Source of the DNA: Ginglymostoma cirratum
Taxonomy: Eukaryota
DNA length: 64,000 bases
Direction: 5' to 3'
Assembly (NCBI GenBank): GCA_024137785.1
Contig: JAHRHZ010000222.1
Span: forward strand, 39,242,817 to 39,306,816
Made by a program: the position numbers and the translations under genes. Positions 40,301 through 52,400 of this stretch are shown here, piece by piece. Numbering within the stretch: position 1 is the first letter of the stretch; every line of letters starts with the position of its first letter. The notes under the pieces are model-generated. The model searched no databases, had not been told where the DNA came from, and saw nothing but the letters and a program-made list of their open reading frames with translations.

Positions 40301-42818
40301 ATGACGCAGAAAATAAAACAGAAGTGTCGATGTCATTTGAGCTAACCGAGGGAAGCGGCCGGTAGCTAGATTGTATATTGTTTGAAACCCTTGGCAGACA
40401 GATTCAGCATTTAATACTGTCCTGTTGACTGAGCTGTGCAATCAAAGAACCGTAATGAAAGGGAGTGGGAGCTTGGCCAAACAGTTAAACGTGTATTTTC
40501 CAAACATTTTAATTAAAACAGCATTGCAAAACACTTTGAACTAATTCATACCAAAAAAATAATGATTTGAATAGATGTCGTAATCGTAACCACCACAAGA
40601 CGCGCATAATAAAAAAAATCTAAAATGTAGCCTGCCTGCAACACTTAGTTAACTCATCGCAAAAAGGTGGAGCCTTGCTAAAATAAAAAGGGGGGCAAAA
40701 TAGGACTGGTTCTTGATTCAGTGTCTGTTGATTTACAATGCCACAATGTCCCTGCAGGCGGAAAGAGTGTAGTTAATCACACTTTTAGTCAAATTGATCA
40801 TTTTTCACTTCCAAAGAAAACTGTAAAACTCTCATATATCCAACAAAGAAATTTCATTTTTTACCTGATTTTATTTTGATGGTTTTCTATTTTACCTTCA
40901 GCTGCTCTGAATCTAATCGATTGCACTTCAACCAATTTTACATTATTGTATTATGAATGAATGCGATTCCGAAGCACTTTATTGAATAAGCTTTAATCAT
41001 GCAAACTGTGGAATGCTCCTTAAGATCCGCCCAGTGAAGAGGTTAGTTGTGAAATGTTGCGGGGAGGGGGGGCGTTGCGAATGGGGGGGGGGAAGTTATC
41101 AATTGTTCCACGCCCCTCCACCACCACCCCCTCCTCCACCCACAATTATCCGCCTCTTCTGAAGGACTGGGGTAGCCCTGTTGTTGTCTAATGTAACATT
41201 TAACGATACAGTATTCCTGACTCTAGAGTCATCAGATTATTATTTGACGAGAAAATCCTGAACGAAATTCATTAAGTTGATGACAGTGAGACTCATTTGC
41301 AACCACAACGAAACACAACAGATATTTCAAAGGATCTGGCAACAACCACGAATAAATATGTAAAAAGAGCTTTTAGCATCATTTATTATTGATGATGGAT
41401 TGCTTCTAAAGGAAGTGGCCTGCATCGTTTCTTTTCCCTCTCTTAGAAATGAGCATGAGACTTGGAGCAATTATATTGAAGCCATCATTCAATTGGAGGC
41501 TTTCTTTTTCAAAAGAAACGTACACTCAACAAACACACAATAAATGATTTTCACAACAATTACATAATATCAGTGAGGGGCCTCTTGGAACGATTCTGTA
41601 CATTTCATTCGTGAAAATGTCTCCTTTCCTGGGAGTGACTGTCTACGGAGGAAAGAAGCTGGTTTACTCGCAAGGAAAATACTCGCCAACTTCTGTACAA
41701 AGTTGGAAACAGATTAAAGCTTCACTTTGATCTTTTTCATAATTCACAGCTGGGTTTTGCAAAACACCGAGAGTAAATAACAGTTTAGGCCGAATCGCAC
41801 AGCTCCAAGAATAATCCGTGAAGTGAATGAAAGTTGATATAATTTTCGCACAGACCGTCAAATTTTACGAAATGAACGGTTTGAACGTAGCAGGAGTCAA
41901 TTAGGCAGCTGCGTTTTACGACTCTTTTTCCCCATGATGTACCACACTAATCTGTGTCGCTTCCTTCTGGATGTTACTGCGGCATTTAAGAATGTCTGCC
42001 TGTAGGAGGCGCTCTTAGCCCGACTCTTCCCTTCCCCCAATCAGTCCAAAATCCAACACATCAGTGTTGGGCCTTCGGGGATCTGGTATTATTCAAGTCA
42101 TTTAGTCATTATACTGTATAAGTGTCTCAAGCATCTACAATCATTCCGCATTAAAATATTGTCATGATTTGAACTACTTTTAACGATAATGCCAAATATC
42201 TTGCAACCAAAGAAGCAACGACTAAAACCTACACCGCAATGATCCCCAAAACATTGTTTTACAGATATCGTATCAAATCCAAAACCGAAACTGTACCTGG
42301 GTGCAATATTTTGGCATCCTTCATAATATTTGAAAATTAGGTTTGGCGGTTTAATTTTAGCACCGTTTGGACACTTGGGACTAGTGTAAGTATTAGCTGT
42401 GGAAAAAAATATTTTTGGTGACAGAAGGTTGACGCTTAAAAAACGAAAACAGTATGTTTTTGTTTAGAAAAAGAGAGCACATAAATCTGTACGTATAAAT
42501 AAAGTGATGTGAGCTGTATCAAATGTCATTTGATTTGATAGAATTTCTTTTTCAAAAGATATTTAAAACTTTTGAGTTAAGCCGCTTACAATCTTCCTTT
42601 TGCTGCAATTAATAGATATTTTAAAAGTACCCGAGGCCGGGCAGTGGGTATATTTTCCCACGGACTGAGATTTTTTTGAGGATGATAGAATTGTCAATTA
42701 ACAATCATAAAACTCACTAGATCTTATGAACAGAATGTTGAACTGTTCGGTGGGAATGGTTACAACGCTGGCAGCTTTCAAAATACAAAAGACAAGAGAT
42801 TAAAGTCGTAACTGTTCA

Positions 42819-42824
42819 TTTATT
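42819..42824 (-). terminator. Probable irx3 polyadenylation signal AATAAA
   Basis: TTTATT on the + strand, about 320 nt after the stop codon, followed on the minus strand by the U/GU-rich TCTCTTGTCTTTTGTATTTT. Confidence 0.65.
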
Positions 42825-43143
42825 AGCCAAAAATATATACTTTCTTGTACAATTTCGTTCACACGTATGTACACTTTTTGTTTGCAGTATATACAAAACA
42901 TCTCGAACACCAGGTGATAACTAATTCTCACTGGACTTACAAAAAAAACTGGGTTCACTTTTATCTCACAAATGCAACTAATTGATACACGCCTTGTCGG
43001 CTAGTATTACATACCGGTTTAGTTTAGTACACATACATGCTTACAGGTTAAACTATACAGGGAAAAAAATTATTTTTACATTCCATTTAACAAGAAAATG
43101 GTTACAAAATAAAGTTCTTTTTTTAAAAAAATGCCATAATTGA

Positions 43144-43198
43144 CTATGCGGATGAAAGCGCCGACAAAACCATGGCTGCATCGAGTTGGTTCTGGGGT
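43144..43198 (-). CDS. irx3: Iroquois homeobox 3, exon 4 coding part
   Basis: tgttcgtttcAG acceptor in phase 2. Encodes (R)PQNQLDAAMVLSALSSA*, matching the vertebrate IRX3 C-terminus PQNHLDAALVLSALSSS. Confidence 0.93.
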
Positions 43199-43411
43199 CT
43201 GAAACGAACAAAATTGTTGTGGATCAGTGTTTTGATTTTTCCCCCCAAAGTTTGACATCCACATTTTGTGTAAAATGTTGTGATTTAAGTTTTAAATGCA
43301 GGTCAACTACAGTGAAGAGTACAGAAAAAGCTGCACGCCTGTTACTGCAAAGACCTCCATCTGGTGTAAAATGGTGGGAAGATACGGACAAAAACGAAAC
43401 ATGTTTCTTAC

Positions 43412-43478
43412 CGTCTCGGAACTGGTTGGAAAGCTGTCTTTACTATTTTTTTCTCTATTTCCAAGGCACTGCTTCGAT
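43412..43478 (-). CDS. irx3: Iroquois homeobox 3, exon 3 (67 bp)
   Basis: tttgcAG acceptor and GTAAG donor. Encodes (D)RSSALEIEKKIVKTAFQPVPR(R), matching IRX3 DRCSALEVEKKLLKTAFQPVPRR. Confidence 0.95.
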
Positions 43479-44152
43479 CTGCAAATAATAACGAGTTCTG
43501 ATAATTGGTATTGTTCGCCATTATCGAGGCCACTTTTACTCAGATTCAGACGCTGAAATTCAACTTTGTTATGGAATCGTTACCAATTAGACCAGTTAAA
43601 GGACAAAGTGATGTGAATACAATACAGGGTAAGTGTTATCTTATTACATGGGTGCCGTTTTTTTCCCATCTAATACTTACTGGAAAAAGTTATTGTAATC
43701 AAATTATAAATTATATTTAAAACTGGTGCTGAAGATCAGTTTATAATAAATGCAATTTTGACCATCAAAAAATCATTATCCCATTACTTTGATTGCACCT
43801 TATAGTAGTTCTATCTTGGATTTGGTTACAATTGAGCAATGGTACTTTTCGCGAGCAGGATGTAAAAAATCTCAGGATCGATTGAAAAAAAATGAAGAAG
43901 TGGGCTTTGTGTAGATATTAACCAGTAAATATAATTAATTCGCAATCGTTGGGATACCTTTGGAGATCATCGCTGAGTTAATCATTCCTTTTAACTTTGA
44001 ACTTTATTGTTTAAATAAAAGGCCCAACTGGTAAGGCTGCTAATCGGCGTGATTCAATTTTTTTAAAAAAAAATTGAGTCCCTTTGCAAATTGTGTAAGG
44101 TGTTCTCAGAGTCTGGTTGGAGCATGTTTCATAGGATTTGAGTTCAATGTAC

Positions 44153-45173
44153 CTGTTACCGTGGGTTCTGCAGACTGCGCCCGTTCCTCGCCTCCCCTGA
44201 CTGTGCAAAATGCGGGAACCCCGGCAGTCGGAGCAGCTTGGCCTGTACTAAGTCCAAGGAAATGATTGGAATTAATTAAAGCCAGCGGGTGGTGAGAATA
44301 GGTGCGGTTTGTCCAGTTCTGAAATTTGCCCATGGGACAGGCGAAAAGTCTGTGTTGGCCCAGGAGAGAGGAGGCAGCAGCGGAGCCGGCGGGAGGGTTA
44401 CTGATCTGGGGAGATTTGCGAGGATTGTCTGGTGTAGTGGCCGTCTCAGCCAGAGACCAGATTTTAGGTTTCTGGTTCACCGACAGGCTGTTCTCGGGCG
44501 CAGGCGACACCGGGCTTTTCCTCTCGCTGTTGTTTTTGGACGGATCGCCGCTGACCTGCCCGGAGATCTGCGGGGACAGGTCACCCCGTTTGTCTTCACT
44601 CACTCTGCTGTCTTCTACCACCGATTTCAGAAAGCCGGCCTCCGGGCCGTTCAACTCGTCGAAAGTGTCCGAGATTTCTGAGTCACTTCTGCCGTCCAGT
44701 TTGCAGTCCAAGTTGAAGTCCGGGTCTTGCTCGTCCTCGTCCTCTTTGCTTTCAATATTCTCCGTGTCAATATTCTCCAAATCGATCTCCTCGTCCTCCT
44801 CCTTTTTCTCCCCTTCCAGGTCTGGCTCGCTCCCGTACGAATTGCCCTCCTCGTCCGTCCTGTTCCTGGGAGTCCAAGTCATTTTGTTCTCCTTTTTCAG
44901 CCTCCTCCTGGCGTTGGCGAACCACGTCGACACTTGGGTCAGGGTCATTTTGGTGATAATGGCCAGCATGATCTTCTCTCCTTTGGTCGGGTACGGGTTT
45001 TTGCGGTGCTCGTTCAGCCAAGCTTTCAAAGTGCTGGTACTTTCCCTGGTGGCATTTTTCGGCCTGGACGGGTCCCCGAACTGGTACTGGCCGTAAGGGT
45101 AATAGGCGGCGTGGTGGTGCGGGAAAGCAGGATGCTGTACTCCCGGACTCTCCTTCAATTCATACTGGGCACC
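44153..45173 (-). CDS. irx3: Iroquois homeobox 3, exon 2 (TALE homeodomain, acidic region, IRO box)
   Basis: tgtttAG|[103 protein letters not shown] box [15 protein letters not shown], and donor CAG|GTACAT in phase 1, compatible with exon 3. Confidence 0.97.
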
Positions 45174-45728
45174 CTAAACAGGAAGGTGAGATGGGGAGGG
45201 TCGGAGGAGCAGAGGAAAGAGGGAGAGTGCTCGTTTAGAACTCAAACATAAGATGAAACACAGCAATCACTTCAGTTACGCTCTGCCGCCACAAAACACC
45301 CGTGTTGAGGTGAAGAGAAAGCAATTGGGGCGAGAGGAAAGTTTGTGGAGTGACACCACGCAAGAAGCCAAACAAAAATGGAGCTGCCACACACACACAT
45401 ATGAAAAATAACAAAATCCGCAAGTGAAATTGACGAGGAAACGGCAGTGAAACTGACAAACGCGGCGCAGAAACTGACGAGAAAGTTTTCGGGAGAAAAG
45501 TCAACAGCGACAAGAAAAGCGGTTGAAATAAAACATTTTTTTTAAAAAATATTTTTTTTTGAAAATCCCCAGTCCCACACTGTTTCTGGCCCCGCGTGCT
45601 GCTTTGGTAATCGCTTGCAAACTTTCTTTTTTTTTGGGTTGTGGGGGTGGGGGTGGCGTTTGTATAGAAATGATTTACCGGCGTTCAGAGGACTGGGAGA
45701 GAGAGCAAACTGACGTAAATGTTCTTAC

Positions 45729-45941
45729 CAGTTGAGGAAACAGGGGCAGATCGGCTGCATAAGGCAAGAAGGCGCCGTATCCTTGGGCGGCGTAAGGGGA
45801 GCCATACATGGTGAGGACAGTGGAGGCAGCTCCGGACGCCGTGAGATCGCTCCCAGCCCTGGAAGATGATAGACCCTGACGATCGGGGTAAAGTGGCCTA
45901 GTAGCAGCAATGTACTGATATCCCAGTTGTGGGAAAGACAT
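45729..45941 (-). CDS. irx3: Iroquois homeobox 3, exon 1 coding part
   Basis: GCCATG start. Encodes MSFPQLGYQYI..MYGSPYAAQGYGAFLPYAADLPLFPQL (71 codons), then a CTG|GTAAGA donor in phase 0. Confidence 0.96.
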
Positions 45942-46139
45942 GGCCAGTGACTAGTGCGGGAGAAATCGCGGTGCGGAAAGAGCCGGAGTAGCCACCTTTA
46001 ACGCTACAGACTCAGCTGGAAGTATACGTTTCCACATGCAGACACACTGTAACCGATCCGATCGCTCTCTCAACTTGCTATTGATCTGAGGGTGCCCAGG
46101 TCAGGTCCTAACAGATTCGTAGAGATTATTCGGAGTTGA

Positions 46140-46400
46140 TGGCCTGATTGACATTTCTGACATGAGCTAAGCCCCTCCTATTTCTTCAGGGTCCGCCGCA
46201 GCTTTTACTCAAATCTCTGCCTTTGTCACAGAGCGTGTCTTTTTCCAAATCTATTTACTGACGTCGCGATCTTTTATTTCAGTTGCTTTCAAGTCGCAGT
46301 TTGCGATCGCCAATCAGTACCAGTTCTCCGGCAAAAAAAAACATGCCCGCCCCAAATGTTTCAAAGAAGAACATTCGCCTCCCACTTTTTTTTTGCCACG
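46140..46400 (-). promoter_or_regulatory. Putative irx3 core/proximal promoter
   Basis: Upstream of exon 1 and CpG-rich. Contains TGATTGACAT (46145-46154), CRE-like TGACGTCG (46259-46266), CCAATCAG (46310-46317) and GC box CCCGCCC (46346-46352). The TSS is inferred, not observed. Confidence 0.55.
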
Positions 46401-49400
46401 GGGTTTTCTTTTAAAAGCTGCGCATTTGTAGAGCTATAATTGGCACCAAAAGCAAACAAGAGAAAAGAAAACCGACCTCAGTAAGACAAAACGGAATCTG
46501 AACAAGTTGAGATCTCTTTGATGTAGTTTTTTTTACAGCTCGCTTGACAAAACTTTATTCTCCCTAACCTATTGTTTTAACTTTGTTAAACAGACCCTTA
46601 GTTTTTGGTGACGTCGACACTGAATGCATATACATCGGCTCTCATTCTGCTATCTGCCCTATTAAAGAAAGTTCGCTTGGCACCCCCAATGCGTTAGTTT
46701 TATTTGATTCAACGAAATGAGCTGGTGTTTCCTCTGCGTGGGCTGAGAGTGGGCAGCGCAGTTCAGGATCCAGTTAATTCTTTGTTAATAATGGACTTCA
46801 AAAGGTTATAGAGTCACCACTTCACATCAAAGCGGACTAACGCTAATTTCAAACACATAAAGAAATCCGGCGTAACCTCAGAAGCTGTCCTTACCGTGGT
46901 TACACTGGTACAGAAGTGGTGTGAATTGCACAGCCTCCAGCACCTTCATACCAAACTCATTATCACTTTTTGTCCTGTCCCTAAACTGTAATTAGCAAAT
47001 TTATGATCGCACGTTGTTTATTCCCCGTTCCTTGCTACGGTGTGGTGTTGTGAAACGATAGGTCCGCATGATAAAGCAAAACACGAGATTGTAATAAATG
47101 CGGATTAGCGCGAAGCAAGTCCCTGGATTGAAATTCTCCGAATCAATATATTAAATCTGTATGTACCACATCTAATCGCTTTATGGCTCATCTTTCTGGT
47201 ATTTGATGTCAGATAATCGCCCACCCATTGTTTGAAGAATAGAGTAAAATTTTAAATTGTGTTTTTTTTCTGGCCTTGTTAACTGACGGTCGGTGATAAA
47301 TTCGTCTATTGAATTGAACACAAATACAAATTAGAAATCGAATTATTGACTGACTTTGGAGAGAGGTGTTGGGGATCGGACTTGCTTTTGTTCCCTAATC
47401 GGTTCGAGCAGTTAAGCAGAGAGAATGCATAAAGTAACTGAGTGATCTGCACTCGTTAAGTTTTTAAAACAGCTCAGTTGGTCAGGATTTTGCGATAGTG
47501 AATTGACCGCGATACTACAAACTCTAGGTCCCTGTTGCCTGCACGGTTTCCAAACTCTTACGTTTAACTCAGGCCATTCATTTTATAAGGACTGGTTTCG
47601 ATGCAGGGAAGGGTTCTGGAAGCTTCGCGATCTCGCAAGGACAAAGACCCATCTACATCTTTGGTTATAGATCAGCGTGGCAGCACGTTGGAAAACTGCG
47701 TGCTCTTTAAATTTGAGCTACACAGGGCTTGAGGCGTAATCGACCTCAGTCCAGCTTGTGGAGCGGACTATTCGCCGGGAGGACGTGGGTATTGGGTGGG
47801 GGTTGCTGGGGGCCGGGGCACGGGCAGGGCTATTACCTTATTAATTACTTCAAATACATTGCCATGTGTCATGTAGACAGAATTCTAATCATCTTGAAAA
47901 ATTCATTGCCGCGCCTTTAGGTAGAGTGGTGGTTCGGAAATTCTTCATTCGTATATATTGGGCAAAAAGGGAGCGTTCAGAGCAGCGCAAAGTGGCGCAA
48001 AGAATAGAAATCGGTCCATAAAAGGCAGGAGAAAGTAGTGATGGAGAGTAAAGTGTCAAGAAAATGGAAAGACGGCACTGAACGCATCCTTTGAAACATG
48101 AAAAAAAGATTAAACACTGAAAGGAAAGAAGGTAGAGGATGAAAGGACAGGCGGGAAAGTAAGAATGAAAAGCCAAGAACACAGGCTGAAAAATATGATA
48201 ATCTAAAGCAAATAGAACTAGAGAAGCAGACTAAGGACAAGAAATAAACAGACTGAGAGACTGAGATTAAAGAGAACAGATCACAAGGATAGAGTAGAAA
48301 AGGCGAGAAAGGGAGTACATGGGAGGGGAACGCTCAAAAGTGAATTCAAACAAATGAGTACATTTGTGAGCAGAATTTCGGAGTTTTAAATCTAGGAAAC
48401 TGGGAGTTTAGGAAAGTGAGACAATGCGAAATGGGAGAAAACAGTAAATAAAATTGAACAAAAAGAGCGAAAAGGCGGAAAGCGAATGTTGGAGCACAGG
48501 TGATGCAACTAGCAGGATCAGTAAGGATTGGGGGTCACGGCACCGAACATTTGGACGCTGTCTTTCTATAGATTCTATATTGTAATGCTAATGTGATTTG
48601 GCCCGTGTCACTGAGCGTACTTCATATCGTGCTATCAGTAATTTAGATGTTTGTTACTTACAGCAAGACACGTGGATTGTGACTGGTTTAAATGTGCTCA
48701 GTAAGAAACGTGTTTCCTCATCATTGACGTCTGCAACAGCACCAAAGCACTAATAATCAATTAATTTAATGAGTAACTTTACCGGTTGAAGTACACACTG
48801 TACAGAAATCAATTAGTCAAGTGAATAAGCCAGCCTCTTGATTTTAGGGGACATACGGTACTGAATATATTGTTGTTATTAACCCTTTGAAGTCCTAGGA
48901 CCTTGGATTACTGTGCAATTAATGTGCTTTTCAAAAACTGGTCCTTTGAAAGAAAATGATTTGCGCAAAGAATAATGACAATTGTTAAGTAATAAAAGTC
49001 CTCTTTCTGAGATAAACAGAGGTAATCGTTCAGTTTGTGGCACAATGCCTTTGATACCAGTCCATGCTAAGCGAGAAATTGTTGTATATTTTGGTCAATC
49101 ATCTAATGGGAAGGCTATTACACTCTTAGGGTCAATGTTTGCTTCGGGGCAAAAGCTTCATGTCGGGATTTCATTACAGAGGAGCCTTCAAACTATAAAC
49201 GCCTTTATTTATTATTTCATGTACATTTGTAAAATTAGTTTCTGAACAGTACGGAAAGCAAGTTAAAAGGTCAGGCGGACCTGGTTTGCGCTCTAAGACG
49301 GCCAAATGGAGCTGTCTCAACCAGCGGTCCTGACTGGGACAGTTTCCCGCTCGGAGGCACTCGGAGCCCGGCCATGACACGTGCCGCATCTCCGGGCGGT

Positions 49401-52400
49401 GTCAGGACCCGCTGGCCGGCTGCTGATTTATTACTCCTCTTTAACACTCGTTACTCCTTTTACACTTATAAACCCTCTTCAGGGAATGGGGAAAGAAGTC
49501 GTGGTTAAAATGAGCGCTATAAAATCTTCCATAATCTGAAACCGATCCTTTTTTTTGTAAGACCAAATTGGACCAGCGCTTGTCCCTCTCTGAGACTTCC
49601 GCCGTGAACTGTAAATAGACTTTTAATGACCGCGAAGCATGATTGAGTTTTATATTCTCATTTAAAAATATTTATATTTCTCTAATGTTGAACACCACGG
49701 TGGAAAATCCCACAGGAATATACCTTGCACATATGTAATAGATCCGTCACATTCAAATCCATGGCGAGATTTATCTCTATAGATATTTAGTTTCCTTTGG
49801 GATTGGTTTATAACACCTATATCATTCCTACAATATAACTTAAACCCGTCGCTTTCCTTGGCAAATAACTGAAACCAGTGTTGGTTGTTACAATTGCAGC
49901 TTTGTCTGAGTGTCAAAAAACAATCTTATAAGCAGCTAGTTTTAATCTGAACCATATAGGATGTTTTTGTTTGAAGACGAGACTCCGAAAAGATGTTTGA
50001 ACGCTACAATGAGATAATTGTTGAAATCGATCATCAAGAAACATATTCAATTTACAATGATATTGGAATGCAAGTTCTGCCAAACGAGAATCTGTGGGAA
50101 CTGCCGAGGTGAAAAATGTTAGAGAGAAAATAAAAGAGAGCGGGGGAGATGAAAGTGTTTGAAAAAGCACAGCCAACACTCTTCCAATTACACGTTTGGA
50201 GCTTTTCCGTAATTCCGGGGCTACAGATAACATGTTGCACATTCCTTATCGCGTATGGAATCAATCTTTTGCAGTTCTCTGATCAAATCTGTTAATTGCA
50301 CCGACATTTGATTAGAAAAGAAAACAAAATTAATGATCCTCAATGTTTGGAGCAGGCGTTGGGTTGAAAGCCGGGGACACAGCTACTTTTTTTTTCACTA
50401 CTTCAAAACATGAACTTTTATTTGCAAATTCTTTGAGGGAGACGTTAATAAAATCGGGACGCTTGGGAAGCCCAGGGTGTCTCCTAAGACTCTACATCTT
50501 AAGTTTCATTGCAGCCAAGGGACAGCACGTTAGCGTCAAGGGATTTCAAATTAGATACTGCTGTTCCTTCCCCATTGCCGAGAGTTCAAAATCGGATTCA
50601 GCCTTTCAACATTTCGAACAAATTAGGAAAATGGAGATTGGCAACGGGAGAGTTTAAATAATGTAATTACTTAGTTTAAATTTAAAAAAAACTAAATATG
50701 TCCTGGCAGCGGGATCTCCGCAAATAAGTTTGCACCTTAAGAGCCGTTGCTTTAGCTCTTCTATTTCGCTACTGCAAAGTACATATTATACATTTAGAGG
50801 CAGTAATTAGTGTTTATAATTAGTTATACAACCCTGTACAATATTGATGAGTACAATGATACTGTTGTTTCAAGATGTGATCTCGCCAAGATAAGTTGAT
50901 GAATTGCAGATACTAAGACACCTATCTATCATCTTGATTTTTAGGCTAGTGCAGTTACTGTTTTCTCTCGGCTTGCGGTGCGAGGGGAGGAAAATTAGCG
51001 CCTCAGGAGAATGTTTTCTTCTGAGGTGAAAATGCAGAAATTCTAGTTCAATACGTGCGAAACAGGTCAATGGGAACACACCGACCAACAGCTCCGTTTT
51101 CTTTCGTAACATGGTCTCTGGCCTCATGCGGCGCTATCGAATGGGAAGCCTCAGTATCAGGCACCTGTGAGCGACTTCACACCAGCAAGCAAGGATTAGG
51201 AATGGGCAAACACAACATCTACATTCCTATTAGATCTCCGCAACGTCCCCTTCAACACACAGATATCTCTTTATTTTAAATGTCGATGGCGCGTTGTAGG
51301 ATAACTGACATGCAGATATGCAATGTCATTTAGAAGTTATGGTTAAACAAACCACTCTTGTGCACCGTTAGACTTTGAAAGGAAACTACGATGGCTCCCT
51401 GTAAATACTAGATTCGTTGTAGGATGAGCAACATTGCAATCAAGGAGGAAGAGATTTCTGAATCAAAATGACCAGCTAGCAGTTACAAACCGCAAACTGT
51501 ATATCCCCACGGCATAGTGGTGACAGATTACTTTTGATGGATCCGATATTGCTCTGTTCGCTAAATGCTATGGGTTTCCTAGCGTAAGCCACTATTTTGC
51601 ACAGCCAGTTGTTTAAAACACTACGCGGAATAAGGCAAACTCGACCCCAATCGTTGCTGTTTGTCAGTAGATTGTAGGGAGGATGAGAACTGTGATCGGG
51701 GCTGGGAAAGGGAAACAACTGCGAGGTGAACGTTAAAAGGAACCCATAAATAATGATCCTGTGGTTAAATTCTGGAGTTTGTGTAGTAATTGATTAGGGA
51801 GGTCAGGGCTCTTGGTGCAGGCAGCCGGCTGCTGTTAGTGGCTTCGCTGCCGACGAGTCTTCAGTAAATATTGTGCTGTCGATCCTGTGGGGGCTTCCAT
51901 GTGTTTTATTATAGGCTTTCCGTCTGATTATTTGAATGCTATTTACACTGAACCTTTACTCACTGAAATCGGGCCCGAACTGAGTGGGCATCTCAATGCA
52001 AAATGATCGTCTGGAGAATTCTTCTCTCTCGCACACTCGCGGGCTCTCTGGCTAGACAAATGCCACGGGGACGTGTTAATTAATCAATCCAAACAGAGCC
52101 AAACCCTGACAAACAGCCTTCTCTCTCTCTCTTGCTCTGGTTTGCTTTTCTTTCCCAAACAGAATTGATCTAAAAAAGGAACTTGGAGCAAACACATTAA
52201 AAAAAGTTTGCAAACATTTTTCGGATACAAAATGATCTCGAACCCTAGTATCCTTTTCCCTATTTGGAGAAAGCGATCTAAAACTGAAATGAATGCTTGT
52301 GACTACCACATGTCCATCTATTTTCCATCCAATCTACTTCCATCTTCTCTCGACAATATCACCTTCGCAAAAGTATATACTGTAATTGACTTTTACCGGA

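Noticed and set aside
44326-45096. 256-aa + strand ORF (and overlapping 44289-44681, 44727-45251)
   Set aside because: These are antisense shadows of irx3 exon 2. The Ser-rich translation mirrors the acidic GAG/GAC codons, and there is no independent gene signal.
44106-45158. 350-aa single-exon ORF taken as the full gene
   Set aside because: It starts at a TTG inside exon 2 and runs into intron 2. The four-exon spliced model matches IRX3 at both termini.
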